NCBI GenBank assembly: GCA_965221115.1
Contig: CBDCRU010000001.1
Location: forward strand, 154,983-218,982
Reading direction: 5' to 3'
DNA: 64,000 nucleotides
Origin: Alphaproteobacteria bacterium
GTDB taxonomy: Bacteria > Pseudomonadota > Alphaproteobacteria > SP197
A program made the translations under genes and the position numbers. Within the stretch, counting starts at the first letter, position 1, and the number at the start of each line of letters is the position of its first letter. Below are positions 48,349 to 57,616 of the stretch, one piece after another. The notes under the pieces were generated by a model. That model worked only from the letters and a program-made list of their open reading frames with translations, searched no databases and had not been told where the DNA came from.

Positions 48349-49194
48349 ATGAATGCCGGACGGTGCCTGTGCGGCGGCGTCACCTGGGAACTGGCGGCTG
48401 AACCGTTCCAGGCCTTCAACTGCCACTGCAAGCTGTGCCGCAAGGCCCATGGAACGGCCTTCGGAACATACTGGTTCATGCGTCAGGCGGAAATCCGCGT
48501 GACCGGGGGCGAGGACATGACGGTCAACTACCGTTCATCCCACATGCTGGTCCGGAAGTTCTGCGGAGAGTGCGGCTCGGTGGTTCCCTATGCCGGCGAG
48601 GCGGACGACCAGCCGGCCATCGCGCCCGGTGGTTGCCATGACGACGGCAGGCCGTCGGACTGCAACATCTTCGTTCCCCATGGCGCGCCCTGGCACCAGG
48701 TGACGGGAGATCTGCCCCGTCACGACGACTATCCCCCGGAGACGGGCTATCCGAGGGTCGAGGAAGACCCGGTACCGCCAGCGCCACCGGACATAGTGCG
48801 CGGCTGGTGCATGTGCGGCAGTATCGCCTTCCGGACGACCGGTCCCTACACGTCGGCCTGGAACTGCCATTGCGGACGCTGTCGCCGGGGACGTGCTGCC
48901 GCCCATTCCTCGAATGCCCAGATCGACCTCCGGTACCTGGAGTTCACGCAAGGTGTCGATCACCTCAAGAGCTTCCGCGTGCCAGGTGCGAGATACCACA
49001 CCCAGGTCTTTTGCGACCTGTGCGGATCAAAGATGCCTCATGTCGACACCGAGCGCGCCGTCGCCATCGTACCCCTCGGCATCCTCGAGGATGATCCCAA
49101 CATCAGGCCTGACGTTCATATCCATGTCGGGTCCAGGGCAAGGTGGCACGAGATCACCGACGACCTGGAGCAGCATGACGGGGCGGGAATCTGA
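48349..49194 (+). CDS. tandem double GFA (Mss4-like, zinc-binding) protein
   Basis: Two repeats of GxCxCG...CHCxxCR...FCxxCGS. Confidence 0.88.
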   Translation: MNAGRCLCGGVTWELAAEPFQAFNCHCKLCRKAHGTAFGTYWFMRQAEIRVTGGEDMTVNYRSSHMLVRKFCGECGSVVPYAGEADDQPAIAPGGCHDDGRPSDCNIFVPHGAPWHQVTGDLPRHDDYPPETGYPRVEEDPVPPAPPDIVRGWCMCGSIAFRTTGPYTSAWNCHCGRCRRGRAAAHSSNAQIDLRYLEFTQGVDHLKSFRVPGARYHTQVFCDLCGSKMPHVDTERAVAIVPLGILEDDPNIRPDVHIHVGSRARWHEITDDLEQHDGAGI

Positions 49195-49202
49195 CCGGGC
49201 CT

Positions 49203-50204
49203 TCAGGTTGGGGCGGCGATGGGTGTGAGCCGCTTGTAGTGCAGGTGCTGGTAGATCGAGACCTCGATTGACATGACGCCTTTCAGGGGCCGGATATCAT
49301 GGTCGATGATGGCCAGGAGTTCCGCCTCGTCGCGGCAGGCGATCTCCGAGAAGATATCGAAACGTCCGGCACATATCGCGACATAGGTGACGTGCGAGAG
49401 GCCTGATAGCCCGTCGGCCACGTCGCGTGCCGGAACGCCGCCGCCGACACGTACGGCGACCCAGGCGACGGTTCCGTAGCCCAGACTCATCGGGTTGACG
49501 ATGGCAATGACGCTGACGACGCCGTCCGCTGCCATGGCGTTGAACCTGTTGCGGACCTGGGATTCCGAGATGCCGAGCCTGTCGGCCACGGCCTGCAGTG
49601 GCATGCGCCCGTCTTCCGAGAGTGCCTTGACGATGTCGCGGTCCGTTCTGGTGAGGATGCGCGGAACCACGCCTGCTTCCTTCAGGGATTTGCGCCGCGC
49701 CGCTCCGAAGTTTGCCAGCTGATAGTGGAGTGACAGGTAGGGGAAGCTCTCGATGATCCGGATGCCTCCGATCTCGCCGATGCGGTTCTCGATCACGTCC
49801 TGCAGTTCACGGCGGTCGTGACAGATGACTTCGGCGAAAAGGCCGTATCGACCCGTGGCCACCACGACATAGTCGATGACGGCGACCGACAGCAGTTTCC
49901 TGGCTGTCTCGGAGGCCGGTGCGGCAGGGTCGAGGACAAGACCGAGAAGGGCGGAACTGTGGTATCCAAGGGCGCGCGGGTCGGTCACGGCGGCAATCTG
50001 GATGATTTCGGCGTCGAGAAGGTGCCTCATCCGGCTGCGCACGGTCTTCTCGGCAAGGCCCGTTGCCCTGGCGATCCGCGCGAAGGACCGCCGGCCGTCC
50101 TCCTGGAGGTGTTCGACGATTGCGCGATCAGCGGGATCGAGGGCCGGCGCCTGTCTGAGAAAGACGCCCGGAAGCGAGGACCTCTCCACCCTAGCGATCG
50201 ACAA
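49203..50204 (-). CDS. tandem double Lrp/AsnC-family regulator
   Basis: Two HTH+RAM units (LDPADRAIVEHLQEDGRRS and LTRTDRDIVKALSEDGRMP); start uncertain. Confidence 0.85.
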   Translation of the reverse strand: MSIARVERSSLPGVFLRQAPALDPADRAIVEHLQEDGRRSFARIARATGLAEKTVRSRMRHLLDAEIIQIAAVTDPRALGYHSSALLGLVLDPAAPASETARKLLSVAVIDYVVVATGRYGLFAEVICHDRRELQDVIENRIGEIGGIRIIESFPYLSLHYQLANFGAARRKSLKEAGVVPRILTRTDRDIVKALSEDGRMPLQAVADRLGISESQVRNRFNAMAADGVVSVIAIVNPMSLGYGTVAWVAVRVGGGVPARDVADGLSGLSHVTYVAICAGRFDIFSEIACRDEAELLAIIDHDIRPLKGVMSIEVSIYQHLHYKRLTPIAAPT

Positions 50205-51048
50205 GTTTCAGTGAACGGGAGAACACTTCGCTCGTCGATTCTGCCAGGCGTTCGAGTTCGCCAAAGTGGTTTTCGCCAGGAACGTCGTAGCGTTCCATTG
50301 TTCGCCGCTCGGTGCGAAACCTGTCGCAGTAGGCATCCGACTGGCGGGTGAACTCCGGGGTTTCGGCGCCGCCGGCAATGACGAGATGGGGCGCGTTGCC
50401 GCAGATCTCCATGAACAGGGGACTCTCGCGCCTTGCCTCGGCGACATCCATCCCTGGTCCGGCATTGATCGACGTGTGAACCAAGGGTTCGAGTTCGAAA
50501 ATTCCCGAAATCGGCAGGGCGGCCCGGATGAGGTCATGCGGCAGGGCGGAGTCAAGGGCCGGCCAGTCTGTCGCCATCATCATCGCCGTCAGGTGGCCGC
50601 CGGCGGAATGTCCCATGACCGACAGACGCTCGCGATCAAATCCAAGATCGTCGGCATTGCGCCACAACCAGGCGATGCACCGCCGCACCTGGGGCGCGAT
50701 GTCGCCGATGCGGCATGCCGGCGTGAGCGTGTAGTTGATCATTGCGACATTGACTCCGGCGTCCAGGAACGACTCGGCGACGAAGCTGTACATGTCCTTG
50801 TCGCCGCGTTGCCAGTAGCCGCCGTGGATGTAGACGAGGAGCGGGCCGCCTGCGGCGGCGCGAAAGAGATCGAGCCGGTCGCGGTCCCCGCTGCCATAGG
50901 CGAGATCGATCGCCACATCGCGTGAGGCACGGAGCGCCGCGCTGCGCCTGAGCCAGCGCGCCACCACGGCATCGAAGTCGGGCTCCTTGCTGCGCAGTTC
51001 GTACTGGTATTCCAGTTCGTCGGCATTCATGCCGCGATAGAGGCCCAT
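50191..51048 (-). CDS. arylformamidase/kynurenine formamidase-like alpha/beta hydrolase
   Basis: LEYQY, YIHGGYWQ, GHSAGGHL, SGIFEL and ENHF motifs. Confidence 0.82.
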   Translation of the reverse strand: MGLYRGMNADELEYQYELRSKEPDFDAVVARWLRRSAALRASRDVAIDLAYGSGDRDRLDLFRAAAGGPLLVYIHGGYWQRGDKDMYSFVAESFLDAGVNVAMINYTLTPACRIGDIAPQVRRCIAWLWRNADDLGFDRERLSVMGHSAGGHLTAMMMATDWPALDSALPHDLIRAALPISGIFELEPLVHTSINAGPGMDVAEARRESPLFMEICGNAPHLVIAGGAETPEFTRQSDAYCDRFRTERRTMERYDVPGENHFGELERLAESTSEVFSRSLKLVDR

Positions 51049-51164
51049 CGTCGTTGCCCTGTCGGTATGGAGAGAGGACCGTATGACGAAAATAGACATT
51101 GACGCAAGGCATTTTGGCGAATTAAGGTAGTGTTTCCAGAATTTTTTGTGAAATGGGGAAATCC

Positions 51165-52223
51165 ATGCTGGTCGGCCTCTTGCAGGAAGCGGAATTGATG
51201 GAGGGTGTCGACGTCGCCCAGCGCTATTGGGAGATGATCGAGGAGGCGGCACTCGCCGACAGGCTCGGATTTTCCTGCTGGGGAACATCCGAACAGCATT
51301 TCTCTCCGCCGCGATTTGCCGTGGCGGCGCCCGAGGTTCTCTATGCCGCCGTGGCCCAGCACACGGAGAACATCAAGCTGCGTGTCATGTGCGCGGTTCT
51401 GCTGGCGTGGAATCACCCGATCCTGGTGGCCGAAAGGCTGGCCACTCTCGACATCGTATCGAAGGGGAGGGCAGAGCTGGCGACGGCGCGGTCGAACAAT
51501 GTCCATACCCTTGAGGCCTTCGGCGTCGACCCCGCCACCACCCGCCAGCAGTGGGCGGACTCCATTGAGGTCATCGTCAAGGCGTTCTGTGACGACATGC
51601 TGGAACACGATGGTCCGGTGTGGAAGATTCCGCCACGGGAAATCGTGCCCAAGCCGGTGCAGAAGCCCCACCCCCCATTGTCGGTGGCGGCCTCCAGTGT
51701 CCAGTCCCACGTGGCAGCCGGCGAGCGCGGCATCGGTGCCCTGTGCTTCGAGAGCTACTTCGGATTCTCCTACCTGCAGGACTGCATCGACGGATATCGC
51801 GCCGGTCTGGCGAAAGGGACTTCCATGGCGCCGCGGCGAACGGAGCACATGGGTCTTTACGTCGCGACGGCGTTTTGCGCCGAGACACGCGAGGAAGCCT
51901 GCCGCATCGCCCATGACGTCGCCATGGGCTACTACCAGTTCCTCGTCGACATCTACGTGCCTCTCGGCAAGCAGCAGTCCTACGAGTACCTCGATGACAA
52001 GCTGAAGCTCCTCATCGACCACCGGGACGACTTCGACTATCTCCTCACCGAGACGCCGTCGATCATGATCGGCACGCCGGATGACTTCATCCAGCGCATC
52101 GAACGGCTCGAAGCCATGGGGATCGACGAAATCCTCATGAGAATCGACGGCGTCGCTCACGAGGACATCATGCGGAGTTTCCGTCTGATCGGCGAAGAGG
52201 TCATCCCGCGCGTCTCGCATTAG
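51165..52223 (+). CDS. luciferase-like (LLM) flavin-dependent monooxygenase
   Basis: ADRLGF..W..EQHF, HPILVAERLATLD, PKPVQKPHPPL and IGTPDD motifs. Confidence 0.9.
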   Translation: MLVGLLQEAELMEGVDVAQRYWEMIEEAALADRLGFSCWGTSEQHFSPPRFAVAAPEVLYAAVAQHTENIKLRVMCAVLLAWNHPILVAERLATLDIVSKGRAELATARSNNVHTLEAFGVDPATTRQQWADSIEVIVKAFCDDMLEHDGPVWKIPPREIVPKPVQKPHPPLSVAASSVQSHVAAGERGIGALCFESYFGFSYLQDCIDGYRAGLAKGTSMAPRRTEHMGLYVATAFCAETREEACRIAHDVAMGYYQFLVDIYVPLGKQQSYEYLDDKLKLLIDHRDDFDYLLTETPSIMIGTPDDFIQRIERLEAMGIDEILMRIDGVAHEDIMRSFRLIGEEVIPRVSH

Positions 52224-52532
52224 CGTTCACCGGGGTCCGGCGCTCGTCCCTTGATGACGGATGGGGCCAAATGGACTCTCTTCCTGTCATTCTTGTAGCA
52301 GGACCGTGGAATGTCGCATGCCGTCTCGGCAGCTCAATCGGCTTTCCCTGCGGCCATTTCGCCGTGTTCCGTTGCGGCACTTTCCGATCACATTGCGCCG
52401 CCGGGACCCTGTCGTCCGGGGTCCGGCCGGCAACGCACTGCTTGAAACCCGACCCAAGTGCACGGCACCATGGTGACCAAAACCATCTGGCCCGTGTGGA
52501 CAGATCGGTCAACATAAGCCCGGGAGGAATGC

Positions 52533-53654
52533 ATGAAACTCGTTCGCACCATCGACCGCATCGCGCAGGGCAAGGCAACCCGTCGCGAGATCGGAGAGAT
52601 CGCTGCCCTTGCCGGCGTTGTGCCCCTGGCATTCCCGGTGGTCGCGCGCCCCGCCGCGGCGCAATCCGGCGAAGACCTGTTGTACTTCACGTGGGGAGGC
52701 TTCGAGGCGCCGGAACTGTTCCCGGCCTTTGCCGAAAAGTGGGGTGAACCCTCCACCTCCTTCTACGGCGACGAGTACGAGGCCATCGAGAAGCTGCGTG
52801 CCGGCTTCGAAGCCGATGTTGTATGCCCCTGCATCGACGTCATGCCCAACTGGATGCGCGTGGGTCTGCAGCCACTCGACGAATCGCGTCTGATCTATCT
52901 CGAAGACACCTTCGAATCGATCCGCAGCCCGGCGGCGGCCTTCGACAAGGGCGAGCGCTACTACACGCCGACCTACTACGGCTTCACGTCCTTCGTGTAC
53001 CGCACGGACCTGACCGACATCACTCCGGAGACCGAGTCCTGGGGGCTGTTCTTTGACGAGACCTATGCCGGTCGCATGGCCATCTGGGATTCCACCGATG
53101 CCGTGGTGCCGGTCGCCGCGCTTGCTGCCGGCATCACTGACAATCCCTACACGCCTGATGGTGACGACCTCAAGAAGGTCGAAGACCTGATGCGCAAGCA
53201 GCGCGATCTCGTGCGGTTCTACTGGAACGAGCAGACGACAGCGCTTCAGGGCATCACGTCCGGCGAGGTCGTGCTCTCCTACGCGTGGTCAGCCGCCATT
53301 CCGCAGCTCATCGAATCGGGCATTGCGTTCAAGTGGGCCCAGCCCAGGGAAGGCCTCATCTCGTATGTCTGCGGCCTTTCGCGCGCCAACCGCCAGGGCA
53401 CGGATGATGAACTGGTGTACGACTTCATCAACGCCAACAGTTCACCGGAAGCCGGTGCCTTCATGATTGATGCCTATGCCCTGGGTGCGGCCAACAGGAA
53501 CAGCTACGATCTCGTCGACCCGGGGACCCTTGTTCGCAATGGCCTCGAAACACCCGAGGAATCGCTCGCCGGATCGCACACCTACCAGTTCGTGCCGGTT
53601 GATCTGAAGCAGCGCCACATCGCTCTCTTCGACGAGATTCGCGCGGGGTTCTAG
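52533..53654 (+). CDS. orphan PotD/PotF-like substrate-binding protein with Tat-like signal
   Basis: TRREI twin-arginine leader; FTWGG, DVVCPC, GRMAIWD and SGEVVLSYAW motifs. Confidence 0.85.
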   Translation: MKLVRTIDRIAQGKATRREIGEIAALAGVVPLAFPVVARPAAAQSGEDLLYFTWGGFEAPELFPAFAEKWGEPSTSFYGDEYEAIEKLRAGFEADVVCPCIDVMPNWMRVGLQPLDESRLIYLEDTFESIRSPAAAFDKGERYYTPTYYGFTSFVYRTDLTDITPETESWGLFFDETYAGRMAIWDSTDAVVPVAALAAGITDNPYTPDGDDLKKVEDLMRKQRDLVRFYWNEQTTALQGITSGEVVLSYAWSAAIPQLIESGIAFKWAQPREGLISYVCGLSRANRQGTDDELVYDFINANSSPEAGAFMIDAYALGAANRNSYDLVDPGTLVRNGLETPEESLAGSHTYQFVPVDLKQRHIALFDEIRAGF

Positions 53655-54124
53655 CGCTGCGCTCCGCGGTTGCGTGCGGACAGGCGTTCGGGGTTGTTGA
53701 ACGTTAGCGACGGCGCTGTAATCCAGCGCCACCGCCCGGCGATGCTGAACGCCTGCTTACACAGGGTGTTGATGGAGGCGCGGCGTTCAAGGCCAGGGTC
53801 AGGCTGCTTGCGACGCGGCCCTCCATCGCCGTCGCTCTTGACGACTCGGTTCGTCAGCAGATCGTCAATTGTCGCCATCGTCCGCTTTTCTGGCGGTGGT
53901 TGACTCAACTCGGCGCGCCTTCAGGCGGCGGCGGTTGCCTGATATTGCCATCAAGCCTTTGACCACCGGGATCACGTCGACGGTCTTCTCGCCGACACCG
54001 CCCGTCATGATCGGCACTCCAACTGATGTCGTCCGGTGCATAAGGCGCCTTTAGGCAATGGGAGGGAAAATCGACAGAGGTGGTCCTTGCCAGCTTCGAA
54101 ACAACGGGGTCATCATCGGCGGTC

Positions 54125-55347
54125 ATGACGGAAGACCTCGACACGATCCGCCTTGCGGACTCCGCATTCTGGAGGCGAAAGGACAGGATGGCGGTGTTCG
54201 CCCGGTTCCGCCTCGAACGGCCGGTCGCCCGTCAGACCATGCCGGATGGCAGCGCCACCTTCTGGTCACTCACGCGCCATGCCGAATGCCGCGACGTCTC
54301 ACGCCGGGCGTCGCTCTTCCAGTCGCGGCATGGCACCGGAATGGTGGCGGAGGGCCCGGAACTGGCCTACGAGATCGGCGGCATGCTGAATCGCGATGCG
54401 CCGATCCATCCGGCGCTCAGGCGTATTCTGGCGAAGGTGTTCACGCGCGGTTCCTGGAGGAGATGGAGCAGGACCTGGACGCTGCGGCCCGCGCGGTGAT
54501 TGGCGCCGTCAGCGAGCGTGGTTGCTGCGATTTCGCCGTGGACATCGCCAACCGCATGCCCCTGACGGTGATCTGCGACATGCTGTCGGTTCCCGACGGT
54601 CACGAACGCGATGAACTCGCACGACTCACCTTGACGGCGCTCGATCCCGCGGAAGCCGCAGAGGCGCTGAAGGCCTTCCGCGCCCTCAATCTCTACGGTG
54701 AGAATCTTGCCCGGACGCGCCGCCAGGCGCCTGGTGACGATCTCATGAGCCGCCTGGTCGCTGCCGAAGTCGATGGCGCCAGGCTCACTGACCGCGACAT
54801 CGGCATCTACTTTCAGCTTCTCATCACCGCGGGCATCGAAACCACGTCGAGTTCACTGGCTCAAGGCATGCACTTTCTCGCCACTCATCCGGCACAGTGG
54901 CGCGACTGGCGCGAACACTACGAGGAGCTGGCGGGAACGGCGATCGAGGAGATCGTGCGCTATGCCAGCCCGGTCGTTCATTTCGGTCGCCGGGTGGAAC
55001 GCGATGTCGTCATCGGCGGCCAGCCGATCGCCGCCGGTGACCAGGTCGTCCTCTGGTACGTATCGGCCAACCGGGACGAGACGGTCTTCGCGCAGCCGGA
55101 GTGTTTCGATATCCGCCGCTTCCCCAATGATCATGTCGGCTTTGGCGGCGGCGGCCCGCACCACTGTCTCGGCATTCACCTTGCCCGTCGGGAAATGCAC
55201 CACCTCTTCAGGGTTCTCTTCGAGACCCTGCCCGATCTCGACGTCGATCTCGATGGCGCGCGCGCTCATCACGGTCTGTTCATCAACGGCATGCAGCGGT
55301 TGCCATGCCGGTTCACGCCGCGGCGCGTGGCATCGCCGGTGCCTTGA
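54125..55347 (+). pseudogene. cytochrome P450 with a 1-nt frameshift near 54446
   Basis: N-terminal frame MTEDL...LNRDAPIHPALRRILAKVFT; C-terminal frame RFLEEME...AGIETT, EEIVR, ANRDE and GFGGGGPHHCLG. Confidence 0.85.
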
Positions 55348-55387
55348 CTTTGCCGGATGCCGACCGTATATGCACCGGGCCTTCTCG

Positions 55388-55463
55388 GGCGGAGTAGCTC
55401 AGTTGGTAGAGCAGGGGAATCATAATCCCTGGGTCGGGGGTTCAAGTCCCTCCTCCGCTACCA
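55388..55463 (+). tRNA. tRNA-Met (CAT), elongator type
   Basis: 76-nt cloverleaf: GGCGGAG/CTCCGCT acceptor, GGGGA-ATCATAA-TCCCT anticodon arm, TTCAA T-loop, encoded CCA; paired 1:72 argues against initiator. Confidence 0.93.
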
Positions 55464-55963
55464 CCTCCCCGTGTGCGAACGTTGTCCGATGCGATGACGG
55501 CGCGTCCCAGATCGAGAAGAGCCTTTCTCAGCGCAGGATCCCGGACGGGTGCGACAAGACTTTCGAGGTGGGCCGTCTCCGCGGCATCCAGGGTCCGTTG
55601 CGACTGCCGCTGCGGCGGCTGGGGAGCATCGATGTAGCCCTGCTTCAGCCTGATGCGGTCGATGACGGGATCATGTCCGGTGCCGAGGTACGTGTTGATG
55701 CGATCCAGAATGACCGGCTCCTGGACCTGCATCGTGGGGGCGTGGGATGGTGTGACGACGACGGTGAGGGTACTGCCGGAGATCCTTGTCGGACGGCTGT
55801 TCTCGGCGGTGTCGCGATCGACCATGTCGGCCCAGTCGGTGAAGACGCGGGCGCGGGCGAAACCCTTGCGCCGGAAAGCGCGTCCCGCGGCCTGCGGCAG
55901 GATCCGTCCCAGATGGACGAACCGTCCCTGCGTGCTGCGCGCCCGGTTCTTCCTGTCAGGCAT
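55442..55963 (-). CDS. DUF721/DciA-family protein
   Basis: AFRRKGFA...W..MV...A..SRP.RI...TL.V...ILDRINTYLG...RIRLKQG; divergent from mutY. Confidence 0.82.
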   Translation of the reverse strand: MPDRKNRARSTQGRFVHLGRILPQAAGRAFRRKGFARARVFTDWADMVDRDTAENSRPTRISGSTLTVVVTPSHAPTMQVQEPVILDRINTYLGTGHDPVIDRIRLKQGYIDAPQPPQRQSQRTLDAAETAHLESLVAPVRDPALRKALLDLGRAVIASDNVRTRGGGSGGGT

Positions 55964-56000
55964 GCCGTGATGACCGTGTGCAGAATGGGGGATGCTCGCG

Positions 56001-57059
56001 ATGAACCCCTGTGACCGCCTGCTCGCGTGGTACGACCGTCACGGCAGGTCCCTGCCGTGGCGCACCAGGGGCGCTGGCGATCCCTACCGCGTCTGGCTTG
56101 CCGAGGTCATGCTGCAACAGACCACGGTGCCGGTCGTCATTCCCTACTATCGCCGATTCCTCGAACGTTGGCCGACGCTCGCTGCCCTGGCCGCCGCGGA
56201 CCGTGACGATGTTCTCGCCCTGTGGGCGGGTCTCGGCTACTACGCCCGTGCCGCGCGGCTTCACGAGTGTGCCCGCACGATCGTGCGTGACCACGCGGGT
56301 CGGTTTCCAGGGACCGTGGCGGAACTGAAGGGTCTGCCAGGCATAGGCGCCTACACCGCCGGGGCGATCGCGGCGATTGCCTTCGATCAGCCGGAAGCCG
56401 CGGTCGATGGCAATGTCGAACGCGTGATGGCCCGCTACCTTGCGGTTGACGAACCTGCTCACCGCCTGCGGAGAACCGTGGCGGAAGCCGTCTCGGACAT
56501 GGTGCCGCGTCATCGGCCCGGCGACTTTGCCCAGGCCCTCATGGATCTCGGTTCCATGGTGTGCACGCCCCGCGCACCCCGCTGCGGCGCGTGTCCCCTC
56601 GCCGGGGAATGCAGCGCGCGACAGCGCGGTCTGGTCGACAGCCTGCCTCGCCGGAGTCCCCGCAAGCGGCGCCCCCGGCGCCAGGCCATCGCCTTCTGGC
56701 TTGAGAGCGCCGATGGCCGGGTGATGCTGAACAGGCGCAGCGGACAGTCCCTCCTGGGAGACATGCTCGAGGTTCCGTCGACTCCCTGGCGCGACGATGC
56801 CTGGACTCTGGATGATGCGCTCGTCCATGCACCCCGGGCAGGCGACTGGTCGCTCCTTGCCGGGTCCGTGGAGCACGCCTTCACCCACGTCGCCGTCATC
56901 TTCCGCATTGCCTGCCATCAGGGTTCCGTGCCGGCCTCCGGTGACAACTGGCATGCTCGGGAGGCGTTCCCGGCTCTGGCGTTGCCCGCCATGACCTGGA
57001 AGATCATCGATCACGTCGATGCCACCAGGCGGGAGACGGGAGAAAACGAGCGGCGGTGA
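56001..57059 (+). CDS. mutY: A/G-specific adenine glycosylase
   Basis: WLAEVMLQQT, WAGLGYYARA, LPGIGAYTA, VDGNVERV and CTPRAPRCGACPLAGEC motifs. Confidence 0.96.
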   Translation: MNPCDRLLAWYDRHGRSLPWRTRGAGDPYRVWLAEVMLQQTTVPVVIPYYRRFLERWPTLAALAAADRDDVLALWAGLGYYARAARLHECARTIVRDHAGRFPGTVAELKGLPGIGAYTAGAIAAIAFDQPEAAVDGNVERVMARYLAVDEPAHRLRRTVAEAVSDMVPRHRPGDFAQALMDLGSMVCTPRAPRCGACPLAGECSARQRGLVDSLPRRSPRKRRPRRQAIAFWLESADGRVMLNRRSGQSLLGDMLEVPSTPWRDDAWTLDDALVHAPRAGDWSLLAGSVEHAFTHVAVIFRIACHQGSVPASGDNWHAREAFPALALPAMTWKIIDHVDATRRETGENERR

Positions 57060-57616
57060 TGAGGTGTGGGCCCGTGGTGCTCAAGCGCGCGCGCGTGCTC
57101 ACGCGTTCCGTATCCGGCGTTGCGCTGCCAGCCGTAGTCCGGGAACGAGCGGGCGAGATCGGCCATGATCCGGTCCCGTGTCACCTTTGCGACGATGGAA
57201 GCCGCCGCGATGGAAAGAGACGCGCCGTCGCCCCTGACGACAGCTGTTGCGGGGCAGGCCAGAGCCGGGACCCGGTTGCCGTCGATCAGGGCGTGTGCCG
57301 GCGCCACCGGCAGTGCGTCCACGGCCCGCGCCATGGCGAGCATGGTGGCTTCGAGGATGTTGAGGCCATCGATGTCTCCGACATCCGCAGAGCCGACCCC
57401 CGTCAATGCCGCATCCATCAATCGCGCCATCAAGTCCGTCCGGCGCGCAGGCGAGAGCTTCTTCGAATCATCGAGGCCGTCCGGAATTCTCCCCGGATCG
57501 AGGATCACCGCCGCTGCGATCACCGGCCCGGCCCAGCTCCCGCGGCCGGCTTCGTCGACGCCGGCGACAGGCTGCGGCAGGCGTCCTTCCCGGTCAAAGT
57601 CAGGAACCTGGCCCAT
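57011..57616 (-). CDS. rnhB: ribonuclease HII
   Basis: AGVDEAGRG, DSKKL, LIDGN, SIAAASIVAKVTRD and HRRSF motifs. Confidence 0.96.
   Translation of the reverse strand: MGQVPDFDREGRLPQPVAGVDEAGRGSWAGPVIAAAVILDPGRIPDGLDDSKKLSPARRTDLMARLMDAALTGVGSADVGDIDGLNILEATMLAMARAVDALPVAPAHALIDGNRVPALACPATAVVRGDGASLSIAAASIVAKVTRDRIMADLARSFPDYGWQRNAGYGTREHARALEHHGPTPHHRRSFSPVSRLVAST

Noticed and set aside
53655-54124. Small gene or ncRNA in the spacer before the P450
   Set aside because: No recognisable ORF, riboswitch or strong structure was seen; left unexplained.
41417-55463. tRNA-Met-anchored integrative element
   Set aside because: The accessory region lies on the 5' side of the tRNA, there is no integrase, and only a 10-bp inverted match to the tRNA 3' part was seen (about 41417), consistent with chance.
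57011-57059. mutY/rnhB convergent overlap as a regulatory feature
   Set aside because: Short 3' overlaps are common in compact GC-rich genomes and there is no further evidence.
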